A DNA stretch of 61,994 bases from assembly GCA_938006875.1 (NCBI GenBank), contig CALLMJ010000090.1, positions 1 through 61,994 on the forward strand, given 5' to 3'. Each line of letters begins with the position of its first letter. Position 1 is the first letter of the stretch. Shown here in pieces: positions 18,883 to 28,854 of the stretch. Made by a program: the position numbers and the translations under genes. Under the pieces are notes generated by a model. The model was not told the DNA's origin, searched no databases, and saw nothing but the letters and a program-made list of their open reading frames with translations. The stretch is from an uncultured Bacteroidia bacterium (GTDB lineage: Bacteria; Bacteroidota; Bacteroidia; J057; CALLMJ01).

Positions 18883-20841
18883 ATGCAATTAAAAGAAGTA
18901 TTAGCGCAATTAGAAAATCTACAAAATACAAAAGAACAAATTGATTACCTAAACGACATGGCTTATATTCATCGTTTTTCTAATACTTCATTAATGGAAG
19001 AACTTTCCAAAAAAGCCTTGGAATTATCGATTTCTATCAACGATTTAAGTAGAATTGCTCGTTCTTGGAGAAATATTGGAATTGTAAATATTGTTTATGG
19101 TTTTTTTGAAAAATCTATGGAATGCTTGCAAACTGCCTTAAAAATCTATGAAGAAATCAATGACGAAGCAGGTCAAGCAGCAGTATCTGGTAATATAGGA
19201 AGAGTTTACTTTTCTATTGGGCAACATGAAAATGCTATTCATTGGTATTTAAAATGTGTGGATAGATGTATTCCCATTAACTTAGAAAGAGATTTAGGAA
19301 TAGCCTATGATAATTTAGCCGAAGTTTTTATGGTTCTAACTGATTATGACCAAGCTTTTGATTATGTAAAAAAAGCTATCCCTATATTTGAAAAACTCAA
19401 TGAATTTTCTTTATTAGCCGTTGCTTATGAAACTTTAGGAGAAATTTTTTATAAACAAAACCATTATGAAGAAGCTATGAAGTGGCAACTTAAAGCGATT
19501 GATATTGCCGAAAAAGTAGAAGACCATTCTAATGTTGCTAGAGGTTATCTTCAAATTGGAAAAATTTATAGAAAAAAAAGAAACTATACAGAATCTCTAA
19601 AAGCTTTTCTTCAAAGTTTACATTATGCAGAACCCATCAATAATAAAGATACAATCGGAACTGCTTGCTTGCAACTTGCTATTTTATCTTTTGAAGCCGA
19701 TAATTTAGAAGATGCTCAAAACTATGCACAAAAATGCTTGAAAGTTGCTTTAGAAACCGGTATGAAACACCTAGAGTCTAATGCCTATAGAATCCTTAGT
19801 AATATTGCTGAATATAAAAAAGATTTTAAAACCGCCTTAGATTTTTATAAACAATTTGAAAAAGTTAAATCTGAAACCATTCAACTTTCTTCTGAACAAA
19901 CTATTAAAAATATTAAAATTGCTGCTAATGTAGAAAAATCCGAAAAAGAAAAAGAAATTTTCCGTTTAAAAAATACAGAACTCGCCGAAGCTAATTATAA
20001 AATTCAAAGACAAAAAGAACGTCTAGAACTTGCTTTAAAAGAAATTGAATCCACAAATAAACAATTAGAAGAAAAAAATCAAGATATTTTAGAAAGTATT
20101 ACCTATGCTCAGCGAATTCAAGAAGCCATTTTAAGTAATGAAAATGACGTTAAAAATATTTTGCCTAATTCATTTATTTTCTTTAAGCCTAAAGATATAG
20201 TTTCTGGAGATTTTTTTTGGATTGCAGAAAAAGAGGGAAAAATTTTAGCGGCAGCCTGTGATTGCACGGGTCATGGTGTACCAGCGGCTATAATTTCGGT
20301 TATTGGATATAACCTATTGAATGATATTGTTTTAAATAAAAATATTTTAGATCCTGGAAAAATCTTAACTCAACTTCATAAAGGTGTTCAAGCTATACTT
20401 AAACAAAACCAAACCTCTGATAATGAAACCCATGAGGGTATGGACTGCGCCTTAGTATGTATTGACCCTATTCAAAAGAACCTTAAGTTTGCTGGTGCAT
20501 TTAATAGCCTTTTTATTGCTAGTAGAGGAATCTTAGAAGAAATAGCTGGTGATAAATTTGCAATTGGTGGAGCTCAAGATGAAATGTTTAGAATTTTTAC
20601 TACTCATACCATTGAATACTACGGCGGTGAATGTATTTATCTTACTACTGACGGAATCCCTAATCAAATAGGCGGAACAGAAGGTAAAAGATTTCGTAAT
20701 AAACAATTTAAAGAATTATTAGATGCTGTTTCTTCTTTAGATTTAGAAAAACAAAAACAAATCATTCAAAATCGTTTTGAAGAATGGATGCATGGATATG
20801 AACAAATTGACGATATTTTAGTTTGGGGTATAAGATTATGA
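18883..20841 (+). CDS. TPR-repeat / coiled-coil PP2C (SpoIIE-family) serine phosphatase
   Basis: 652 aa. N-terminal TPR-like repeats, a coiled-coil linker, and a C-terminal SpoIIE pattern (YAQRIQEAIL, SGDFFWI, CDCTGHGVPAA, TTDGIPNQ). Confidence 0.85.
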   Translation: MQLKEVLAQLENLQNTKEQIDYLNDMAYIHRFSNTSLMEELSKKALELSISINDLSRIARSWRNIGIVNIVYGFFEKSMECLQTALKIYEEINDEAGQAAVSGNIGRVYFSIGQHENAIHWYLKCVDRCIPINLERDLGIAYDNLAEVFMVLTDYDQAFDYVKKAIPIFEKLNEFSLLAVAYETLGEIFYKQNHYEEAMKWQLKAIDIAEKVEDHSNVARGYLQIGKIYRKKRNYTESLKAFLQSLHYAEPINNKDTIGTACLQLAILSFEADNLEDAQNYAQKCLKVALETGMKHLESNAYRILSNIAEYKKDFKTALDFYKQFEKVKSETIQLSSEQTIKNIKIAANVEKSEKEKEIFRLKNTELAEANYKIQRQKERLELALKEIESTNKQLEEKNQDILESITYAQRIQEAILSNENDVKNILPNSFIFFKPKDIVSGDFFWIAEKEGKILAAACDCTGHGVPAAIISVIGYNLLNDIVLNKNILDPGKILTQLHKGVQAILKQNQTSDNETHEGMDCALVCIDPIQKNLKFAGAFNSLFIASRGILEEIAGDKFAIGGAQDEMFRIFTTHTIEYYGGECIYLTTDGIPNQIGGTEGKRFRNKQFKELLDAVSSLDLEKQKQIIQNRFEEWMHGYEQIDDILVWGIRL

Positions 20842-21530
20842 AAAAAAATATCATTATTACAGGTATTACAAAAGGAATTGGGAAGGCTATTGCCCAAAAA
20901 TTTCATGAAAATGGATTTCATTTAATTGGTTGTTCCTCTAACATTCTTAATATTCAAAATTTCTTGAAGGAATTTCCAGATGCTGATATTCATCAAGTAA
21001 ATTTAGCTCATAAATCAGAAGTTATGGAATGGGGAGATTATATCCTAAATCATTATTCTGAATTAGAAATTCTTATAAATAATGCAGGAAAATTTATTCC
21101 GGGTCAGATTCATAATGAAGAAGAGGGTGTTTTTGAACATTTATTGAACGTAAACTTGCATTCCGCTTATCATCTTACGCGGACTTTGCTTCCCAAGTTT
21201 ATGGAACAAAAAAAAGGTAGTTTATTTAATATCTGTAGTACTGCAAGCATAAAGCCTTACATCAATGGAGGCTCTTATTGTATCTCTAAATTTGCTTTAT
21301 TGGGCTTTACTAAACTTTTAAGAGAGGAACTTAAACCTTATAATATTAGAGTTACTGGGGTTTTACCCGGCGCAACTTTAACCGATTCTTGGGCTGGTGT
21401 AGATTTACCTAATCACCGTTTTATACAATCTCAAGATTTAGCAGAATTAATATACACTATTTACCAACTGCCTCAAACAACCGTAGTTGAAGATTTATTA
21501 ATAAGACCTTTGCTCGGTGATATTGAATAG
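20838..21530 (+). CDS. short-chain dehydrogenase/reductase (SDR)
   Basis: TGITKGIGKAIA (TGxxxGxG), NNAG, YCISK (YxxxK). The track start at 20823 is a TTG. The ATG at 20838 forms an ATGA overlap with the upstream stop. Confidence 0.85.
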   Translation: MKKNIIITGITKGIGKAIAQKFHENGFHLIGCSSNILNIQNFLKEFPDADIHQVNLAHKSEVMEWGDYILNHYSELEILINNAGKFIPGQIHNEEEGVFEHLLNVNLHSAYHLTRTLLPKFMEQKKGSLFNICSTASIKPYINGGSYCISKFALLGFTKLLREELKPYNIRVTGVLPGATLTDSWAGVDLPNHRFIQSQDLAELIYTIYQLPQTTVVEDLLIRPLLGDIE

Positions 21531-21556
21531 TATCTATCAGAAAAATTTTAAAAAAA

Positions 21557-22432
21557 TTAATTTCTTGAATCTAAACCCCAATTTAAACGGGTTCTTAATA
21601 TTTTGAAGTAATGCCTATCCGGTAAAGAAACAAATTTTGCGGAGTGCTTGGCTTTTTTTATGGCAATATTTACGGAAGTATCTATTTCTATGGTACGATT
21701 ATCTAAAGCCAAAAAAGCTGTACCCGAACGGGATTCTACCTCAAAAGAAACTACTACGTTATTAGGAATGATAAATGGTCTAACTGTTAATGAGTGAGGA
21801 GCAATAGGAGTAATCACAAATACCCCTGAACTTGGCATAATAATCGGACCCCCGCAAGCTAATGAATAAGCAGTTGAACCCGTAGAAGTAGAAATCATTA
21901 CTCCATCACACCAATATGAATTTAAAAATTCCCCATTTACATAAGTGTGTAAAGTAATCATTTCCATAGTTTGGCTTTTGTGAATAGTAACTTCATTTAA
22001 AGCAAAAGGAACCATGTTATCCATTTTATTGGGTTCAGTAAAAGTTTCTAACATGGTTCTTTCTTCAATAATTCCCGCATTATGTAAAAGCTGTTCAGTA
22101 ATGGATGTTAAATCTTGTAAATTAGCACTAGCTAAAAATCCTAATCTACCCACATTCACCCCTAAAATCGGGAGATGATGATTCCCAATAAAATGTACTG
22201 CATCAATGATAGTTCCATCACCACCAAAACAAAACAAATAATCACAATGAGTAACCTCCATAATCTTTGAGAAAATATTGGGATTTTCTAAATAAAACTT
22301 ATCCTTCAAAAACTGAAAGTAAGTTTCATGAATAAAAAGAGGGACATTTTTATGATGTAAATAATCAAAAAATTGCTGGATAGCTTGTAAATCAGTTTTT
22401 TGGGTAGGTTTACCAAATATCGCTAATTTCAT
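21557..22432 (-). CDS. nadK: NAD kinase
   Basis: 291 aa. GGDGT motif (CFGGDGTIIDAV) and the family-typical TGSTAYSLA.GGPI. Shares an ATGA overlap with the lysA stop. Confidence 0.9.
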   Translation of the reverse strand: MKLAIFGKPTQKTDLQAIQQFFDYLHHKNVPLFIHETYFQFLKDKFYLENPNIFSKIMEVTHCDYLFCFGGDGTIIDAVHFIGNHHLPILGVNVGRLGFLASANLQDLTSITEQLLHNAGIIEERTMLETFTEPNKMDNMVPFALNEVTIHKSQTMEMITLHTYVNGEFLNSYWCDGVMISTSTGSTAYSLACGGPIIMPSSGVFVITPIAPHSLTVRPFIIPNNVVVSFEVESRSGTAFLALDNRTIEIDTSVNIAIKKAKHSAKFVSLPDRHYFKILRTRLNWGLDSRN

Positions 22433-23670
22433 AGATTTTGAAAATCTAATTCTATTTGATTACGTAATAAATCCTCAATTTTTTCTTTTTCACGGATTAA
22501 ATAATCTTTTCCATTGAAAATCAGTACTTCGGGAGGTCTTAATCGAGCATTATAATTAGAGGACATCGTGAAACCATAAGCACCCGCATTTTTAATAGCT
22601 AAAATATCTGTTTCAATAATTTCATCAATTTTTCTATCCCAACCAAAAGTATCAGTCTCGCAGATATACCCAACTACTGTATAAAGCCTTGTAGGTCCTT
22701 CGGTATTAGTTAAATTAATAATTTCATGGTAAGCATCATACATCATTGGGCGTATTAAATGATTTAGACCTGAATTTACTCCAGCAAACACGGTAGCAGG
22801 AGTAGTTTTTACAACATTTACTTTGGTTAATAAAATTCCACATTCACTTACTAAATATTTACCAGGTTCAAACCATAGTTCTAATTCTTTACCGTATTGT
22901 TTACAAAAATCTTGAAAAACTTTACTTAATTTTTCTCCTAATAAAGGAACGTCAGTGATTAAATCATCTTCTTTATATCGAACTTTGAAACCACTTCCCA
23001 AATCAATGAATTGTAAATTAGGAAATTCCATAGCTGTTTCAAATAAGATGGCAGCACCTCTTAAAAAAACATCAATATCCACAATATCAGAACCTGTGTG
23101 CATGTGCAAACCGATTACTTGAATATTATCATTTTTGATAATTCTTTGTAAATGACGCATTTGTAAAATAGAAATTCCAAATTTGGAATCAATATGACCC
23201 GTAGAAATTTTGTAATTACCACCTGCCATTATATGAGGATTTAAGCGAATACAGCAAGGAACTGTATTTTTGTATTCATGCCCAAATTGTTCTAATATAG
23301 AGATATTGTCAATATTAATCATTACTCCTAACTCCACTGCTTGTTTAATTTCATGAAAATCCACACAATTAGGAGTATAAATAATTTCAGAAGGTTGAAA
23401 TCCTGCTTTTAATCCTAAAAGAACTTCTTCAATAGAAACCGTATCTAATCCAGTACCATAGTACTTAAAAAGTTTAAGTATGGAAATATTATTCAAAGCT
23501 TTACATGCGTATTTTATCTTTAATTTTACATTTTCAAAACTTTTTCTTAAACTTTGAATTTGACGATGTATAATTTCTGCATCGTAAATATAAAGTGGAG
23601 TGCCATATTTCTCTGAAAGTTCTAATAAATCCAAACCTTGAATTTGGTATCTTTTATTTACTAATTCCAT
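22429..23670 (-). CDS. lysA: diaminopimelate decarboxylase
   Basis: 413 aa fold-III PLP decarboxylase. YGTPLYIYD, KYACKA (PLP lysine), HMHTGS, EPGK, and CE..D near the C-terminus. Confidence 0.9.
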   Translation of the reverse strand: MELVNKRYQIQGLDLLELSEKYGTPLYIYDAEIIHRQIQSLRKSFENVKLKIKYACKALNNISILKLFKYYGTGLDTVSIEEVLLGLKAGFQPSEIIYTPNCVDFHEIKQAVELGVMINIDNISILEQFGHEYKNTVPCCIRLNPHIMAGGNYKISTGHIDSKFGISILQMRHLQRIIKNDNIQVIGLHMHTGSDIVDIDVFLRGAAILFETAMEFPNLQFIDLGSGFKVRYKEDDLITDVPLLGEKLSKVFQDFCKQYGKELELWFEPGKYLVSECGILLTKVNVVKTTPATVFAGVNSGLNHLIRPMMYDAYHEIINLTNTEGPTRLYTVVGYICETDTFGWDRKIDEIIETDILAIKNAGAYGFTMSSNYNARLRPPEVLIFNGKDYLIREKEKIEDLLRNQIELDFQNL

Positions 23671-23687
23671 TGATAGTTATAGAAAGG

Positions 23688-23695
23688 CAAAAATA
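23688..23695 (-). promoter_or_regulatory. -7 box (TAnnTTTG)
   Basis: TATTTTTG on the minus strand, 17 nt before the lysA ATG at 23670. Confidence 0.45.
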
Positions 23696-23787
23696 AAAGG
23701 AATTCTTAAATTTTGGAAAAATCTTTTCATCAGTTTTGTTATTTGTATATATCCAATCTCTCTCTTATAGTTAAACGAATTTTTTTA

Positions 23788-23795
23788 TATTTTTG
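23788..23795 (+). promoter_or_regulatory. -7 box (TAnnTTTG)
   Basis: TATTTTTG, 4 nt before the ATG at 23800. Confidence 0.45.
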
Positions 23796-23799
23796 CTTC

Positions 23800-25452
23800 A
23801 TGAAAAATCAAGTTTTAAAAGAAGGATTTAAAAAAAGTAAAAATTTTTTTCATTCAGATTACCACTTTCAAAATTATTTCAAAACCCTTTTAAATGAAGT
23901 TTATGGTGATATAGAAAAAGATTTTGATTTTACAGGCGAAAAAGCCGCTAATGAAATGAACCGACTATCTTATTTAGCAGATAAATTCCAACCTGTACAT
24001 ATCAAAAGAACTCCACTCGGTGAAACCCTTGATGATATTGAATTTCATCCCGCTTATTGGTCTTTAATGGATATTGCTGTTCATTCTAAAATGTTTCAAT
24101 ATAAATGGAATGAACAATATCGTTCAAAATATCAGAAAAATGCTCATAAAATAGGATTTGCATTAGGATTTTTATATTCCATGACAGAATGTGGTATCTT
24201 TTGCCCTTTATGTATGACGGACGGAGCGGCTCGTTTAATTGATAAATTTGGAACTACTCAACATCAAAAAGAACTCTTACCACGCATAGGAACCGATAAT
24301 CCTAAAGAATTTTATACAGGAGCTATGTTCTTAACTGAAAAATCTGGTGGTTCTGATGTTGGAGCCAATTTAGTAACTGCAAAAAAAATAGAAGGTAATT
24401 TATATGCTTTAAATGGCGAAAAATGGTTTTGTAGCAATGCTAATGCAGATATTGCATTGGTTTTAGCTCGAACTAATCCAGAAATTAAAGGAACCAAAGG
24501 TCTATCTTTGTTTTTGTTGAAACAGTTTAAACCTGATGGAAATAAAAATTATAAAGAAGTGGTTCGTTTAAAAGATAAATTAGGCGTGCGGTCAATGGCA
24601 AGTGCAGAAATTATTTTTCATAATACAGAAGCAGAATTGATAGGTCAAGAAGGGGAAGGGTTTAAGTTAATGACTGAAATGATTAATCTTTCTCGTTTAT
24701 ATAATTCTGTTGCTGCTATTGCAGCTCATAGAAGAGCTATCATAGAAGCATGGCAGCATTTAGCTTTTCGTAGTTTATTTGGGAAAGATGCTTTAAATCA
24801 TGCTTTAATCCAAGAAGATTTTTATTATTTAGGGGCAGAATGGCTTGCTGATTTTGCGATTACATTTAAAGCCGTTGAACTTTTAGATTTAGCGGATCAT
24901 GGAAATGAGCATGCTCAATCTTTATGTAGAATTTTAATTCCTATTTGTAAATACATTACTGCGGATAATGCTTTTAAAGGAATTCAAAAATCTATGGAGT
25001 TAATGGGCGGAATAGCATACATAGAAGATAACACACTTCCAAGATTGATGAGAGATGCCTTAGTTCTCCCCATTTGGGAAGGTGCTGGTAATATTATGTT
25101 TTTAGATATGTACAGAGCAGCCGCAAAATCTAAATCCCTTTTTGATATTTTAGATTATACCCACCAAAATATTAAAAACTTGAATCAACCTAAACTCGTA
25201 GAAAAATTAGAACTTTTAATTGCTAATTTCAAAAAATCTTTGAGCAATTCTCAACCTAATGAATTATGGATAAGAAAATTATTTTCTGAATTGATTGGAT
25301 ATGTAAAAATTGCAGTTTTATCTGAAAATTCCTATAATCATTCTTGGACATTAGCAACAGAATATTGGATAACTAAAATTTTAAACGAAAACTATTCAGA
25401 AAAAACCATGGATATTGCAGTAATAGAAAAATTAATCAATTGGGACTTTTAG
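23800..25452 (+). CDS. acyl-CoA dehydrogenase family protein (AidB-like)
   Basis: TEKSGGSDVGAN and ..KWFCSNA.. patterns. The track start at 23713 is a TTG. The ATG at 23800 follows TATTTTTG by 4 nt. Confidence 0.82.
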   Translation: MKNQVLKEGFKKSKNFFHSDYHFQNYFKTLLNEVYGDIEKDFDFTGEKAANEMNRLSYLADKFQPVHIKRTPLGETLDDIEFHPAYWSLMDIAVHSKMFQYKWNEQYRSKYQKNAHKIGFALGFLYSMTECGIFCPLCMTDGAARLIDKFGTTQHQKELLPRIGTDNPKEFYTGAMFLTEKSGGSDVGANLVTAKKIEGNLYALNGEKWFCSNANADIALVLARTNPEIKGTKGLSLFLLKQFKPDGNKNYKEVVRLKDKLGVRSMASAEIIFHNTEAELIGQEGEGFKLMTEMINLSRLYNSVAAIAAHRRAIIEAWQHLAFRSLFGKDALNHALIQEDFYYLGAEWLADFAITFKAVELLDLADHGNEHAQSLCRILIPICKYITADNAFKGIQKSMELMGGIAYIEDNTLPRLMRDALVLPIWEGAGNIMFLDMYRAAAKSKSLFDILDYTHQNIKNLNQPKLVEKLELLIANFKKSLSNSQPNELWIRKLFSELIGYVKIAVLSENSYNHSWTLATEYWITKILNENYSEKTMDIAVIEKLINWDF

Positions 25453-25501
25453 TTTTTTTCAACTTAATCCCTGAATTCATTGTTTAAAGAAAAATAATAA
25501 A

Positions 25502-27508
25502 ATGAATGCTTTAATTCACGAAACAAGTCCTTATTTGTTACAACATGCTCATAATCCCGTTCAATGGTTCCCATGGAAAAAAGAAATTTTAGAAAAAGCC
25601 AAGCAAGAAAATAAATTGATATTGGTGAGTATAGGATATGCAGCTTGCCATTGGTGCCATGTTATGGAAAAAGAATGCTTTGAAGACCCAGAGGTTGCTA
25701 AATTAATGAACGAACTTTTTGTAAATATCAAAGTTGATAGAGAAGAAAGACCCGATGTTGACCATTTTTATATGGATGCTATTCAACTTATGAACGGTAA
25801 CGGAGGCTGGCCTTTAAATTGTATTTGTTTACCTGATGGAACTCCCATTTTTGGAGCTACTTATGTCCCTAAAAATCGTTGGTTAGATACCCTACAAAAA
25901 GTTTATGATTATGTTTATAAAAATCAAGAAAAAGCTTTAGAAGTAGGAAGAAATGTATTAAAAGGTATCCAAAATTTTGAGTCCACTCAAAACTTAAAAC
26001 GTCAATCCGAAATTACTGAAAAACATATTCATGAAATCCTCCAAAATTTCTTAAATAAAATAGATTTTAAAGAAGGTGGTTTTAAAACCGCTCCGAAATT
26101 CCCTACTCCTATCAATTGGATTTTTTTGACAAGATTAAGCACTAAAATCCAAAACCCACAACTTGATAACGCTATTTTAACCACCTTAAAAAAAATGGCT
26201 TTAGGTGGAATTTATGACCAAATAGGAGGAGGTTTTGCAAGGTATTCTGTGGATGAATATTGGAAAGTACCACATTTTGAAAAAATGCTCTATGATAATG
26301 CTCAATTGATTCAGCTTTATTCAGAAGCTTATCAAAAATTTAAAAATCCCCTTTTTAAAACCATCGTTTATGAAACTGTAAATTTTTTATTTAATGAATT
26401 ACTCGCTACCGAAAATGCTTTTTATTCCTCTATTGATGCTGATTCTGAAGGAATTGAAGGAAAATTTTATATCTGGTCAACTCTCGAATTAAAAGAAATT
26501 CTACAAGAAGATTTTTCTTTATTTATAGAAATTTATAACATTCATCAACTTGGTAATTGGGAACACGGTTACAACCTCTTATTTTTATCTAAAACCCTTG
26601 AAGAACTTGCAAAAGAAAAAAATATTCCGACACAGATTTTAAATGAAAAAATTAATCATTGGAAAAAAACTTTATTCCATATCAGAAATCAAAGAATAAG
26701 ACCCATAACTGACGATAAAATTCTACTTTCATGGAACGCCTTAACTATACAATCATTAGCTTATGCCTCACGTGTTTTTGAGAAACCTCAATGGCTAGAA
26801 AAATCCATTTTAACTTTCCAATTCATTGAAAACAATATGAAAAAAAATGAAGAGTTTTATTATCGTACTTATAAAAATGGAACTTCAAAAATTGACGCTT
26901 TTTTAGAAGACTACGTAACATTAGCTCACGCCGCTCTAGAACTTTTTATTTCCACAGGTAAGGATCAATACCTCAAAAAAGTTTTTCAAATCACTCAAAC
27001 CGTTCAAACCTATTTTTATGACGACAAAAGCCAAGTTTTTCAATTTGCAAACAAAGAATTTAATGAACTTTTAGTAAATAAAACCGAGCTATATGATTCT
27101 GTAATTCCTTCCTCTAATTCTATGATGATGAATTTGTTAATGACTTTATACCATATTGAATATGAACCTCAGTATTCCCAAATGATAGAAAACATTTTAT
27201 TGCAACTTTTACCATTAATTACACAATACCCTAGTTCCCATGCGAACTGGGCTTGGTTATTATGTCGTTGGATTTATGGAGAAAAGGAATTGGTAATCAC
27301 AGGAAAAGAAAATGAAAAATTCATTCAAAAAATAGAACAAGAGTTTTACAAACCATTTTTATTAAAATTTCCTTTAAAACAAAGTTTAAGTTACACGCTT
27401 TTTAGAGGGAAATATCAAGAAGAAACAAATTTTTATTTGTGTGAAAAAGGAAGTTGCCAAAAACCTGATAACCAATTAGAAAACATTTTGCAGAAAATAG
27501 AGTTTTAG
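25502..27508 (+). CDS. thioredoxin-domain protein of the YyaL/DUF255 family (N-terminal thioredoxin-like domain plus alpha/alpha-toroid)
   Basis: 668 aa. [17 protein letters not shown] and [12 protein letters not shown] are hallmark motifs. Confidence 0.9.
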   Translation: MNALIHETSPYLLQHAHNPVQWFPWKKEILEKAKQENKLILVSIGYAACHWCHVMEKECFEDPEVAKLMNELFVNIKVDREERPDVDHFYMDAIQLMNGNGGWPLNCICLPDGTPIFGATYVPKNRWLDTLQKVYDYVYKNQEKALEVGRNVLKGIQNFESTQNLKRQSEITEKHIHEILQNFLNKIDFKEGGFKTAPKFPTPINWIFLTRLSTKIQNPQLDNAILTTLKKMALGGIYDQIGGGFARYSVDEYWKVPHFEKMLYDNAQLIQLYSEAYQKFKNPLFKTIVYETVNFLFNELLATENAFYSSIDADSEGIEGKFYIWSTLELKEILQEDFSLFIEIYNIHQLGNWEHGYNLLFLSKTLEELAKEKNIPTQILNEKINHWKKTLFHIRNQRIRPITDDKILLSWNALTIQSLAYASRVFEKPQWLEKSILTFQFIENNMKKNEEFYYRTYKNGTSKIDAFLEDYVTLAHAALELFISTGKDQYLKKVFQITQTVQTYFYDDKSQVFQFANKEFNELLVNKTELYDSVIPSSNSMMMNLLMTLYHIEYEPQYSQMIENILLQLLPLITQYPSSHANWAWLLCRWIYGEKELVITGKENEKFIQKIEQEFYKPFLLKFPLKQSLSYTLFRGKYQEETNFYLCEKGSCQKPDNQLENILQKIEF

Positions 27509-27512
27509 TATT

Positions 27513-27700
27513 TTGGGGTGTGTCCCTTGCATCGCTACGCTATCTGCGGCGGGTTGGGTTGCTACGTTTACACTAAACTTGACGAAGTGGGCTTCACTGT
27601 TCATTTCAGCATTTCGGTGAACTTTAGGTATCACAATCCTTTGCCTGCTCATAATTTCTCAGCAAAAGGCAGTACTAAACCCTACACATCCCTCACGCTT
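27513..27700 (-). repeat. GC-rich mosaic intergenic repeat, copy B2 (inverted relative to B1)
   Basis: Hairpin at 27638-27669 (CCTTTGCCTG-CTCATAATTTCT-CAGCAAAAGG). The arm at 27587-27637 is the reverse complement of the B1 arm. Confidence 0.8.
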
Positions 27701-27770
27701 AATCTTTACTAAAATTTTGAATTCAAACCAAAATTCCTTCCATCAACTTTTAAATTTAAACTTTTTTATT

Positions 27771-27778
27771 TACCTTTG
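27771..27778 (+). promoter_or_regulatory. -7 box (TAnnTTTG)
   Basis: TACCTTTG, 11 nt before the ATG at 27790. Confidence 0.5.
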
Positions 27779-27789
27779 CATGATTCATT

Positions 27790-28785
27790 ATGCTAACAGA
27801 AAATCAATTAACCGCTTCGGTAGAACAAATAAGTAATGATTTATTTTCAAAAGTAAAATTTCAAGCTTTTTTAGATGGAAAACAAATCGCTGGATTTTGT
27901 TCTTATGAACAAATTAATAGATTTTTGTTATTTCAAATTTATATTGATTGGAAATTACAAATACAAAAATTAAAACACCCCTATTTTAATTTTCAACACC
28001 CTGAGGTGAAAGATGCACTCAATGAGTTTTTAAATGTTTTGTCTAATCATATATTTATAGAACAAAAAGATTTTAAAATTCTTTTAGAAAAAGCTGTTTT
28101 TAACGCCATAAAACTTTTAAATGAACCATTAAGTTCTTTCTTAAATTTTTTCTTTGCAACAAAAAATGAAGCTTCTGTACAATTGATTTCTGAATACATT
28201 CCTTATTTTCATGATTTTGATTTTGTTTTACAGAGCATTTTATTATATGCAGAAAACCATAAATTAGAAAAAATTTCAAAAGAATTGTTTCAAGAGCTTT
28301 ATCAAAAATCTATTATGAATTATGAAAGATTTTCTGGAGAAAGTATTGAAAAATATCGTTCATTAAAACTAAAAGAATTGTTAGGAAATTCCATGAACAA
28401 TATTGAAAATCAAGTCATTGAAAATAAACATAAAGAAACTGACCAACCAGTAGTTCAAACCCAATCTATTCAACAAACTAACTCTCAAAAAAAAGAACTT
28501 TTAATGAAAGAAACTATAAAACCCATTACTCCCACTACAAGCAGCTTAAAAAAAGAAGTTAAAATCAAGAAAATTCCCTTAAACAAACAGTTTCAGTATT
28601 CACAAAAATTATTTAAAGGGGATTTAGATGCACTAAAAAAACTTTGTGACCAATTAGCTGAAATCCAAGATTTAGAGACAGCAAAGAATTTAATACAAAA
28701 CCAAGTTTTAGATACTTATCAAATTGACCCCGAAGATGCTTTATTCCAAGAGTTTGCGGGATTAGCATTAGCACATATATTGTAG
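27790..28785 (+). CDS. hypothetical protein
   Basis: 331-aa ORF preceded by a TACCTTTG box 11 nt upstream. No motif recognised. Helical, with a Q/K-rich linker. Confidence 0.6.
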   Translation: MLTENQLTASVEQISNDLFSKVKFQAFLDGKQIAGFCSYEQINRFLLFQIYIDWKLQIQKLKHPYFNFQHPEVKDALNEFLNVLSNHIFIEQKDFKILLEKAVFNAIKLLNEPLSSFLNFFFATKNEASVQLISEYIPYFHDFDFVLQSILLYAENHKLEKISKELFQELYQKSIMNYERFSGESIEKYRSLKLKELLGNSMNNIENQVIENKHKETDQPVVQTQSIQQTNSQKKELLMKETIKPITPTTSSLKKEVKIKKIPLNKQFQYSQKLFKGDLDALKKLCDQLAEIQDLETAKNLIQNQVLDTYQIDPEDALFQEFAGLALAHIL

Positions 28786-28854
28786 TAATATAAGTACAAA
28801 ATAAAAATCATCAAAGAAATCTAAACTTCTTTAAGATGCAGCAAAAAATAGAAA

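Noticed and set aside
27518-27712. 64-aa ORF in the ORF track.
   Set aside because: It lies entirely inside repeat copy B2. It has a GTG start and no -7 box. It is an artefact of a GC-rich stretch lacking stops.
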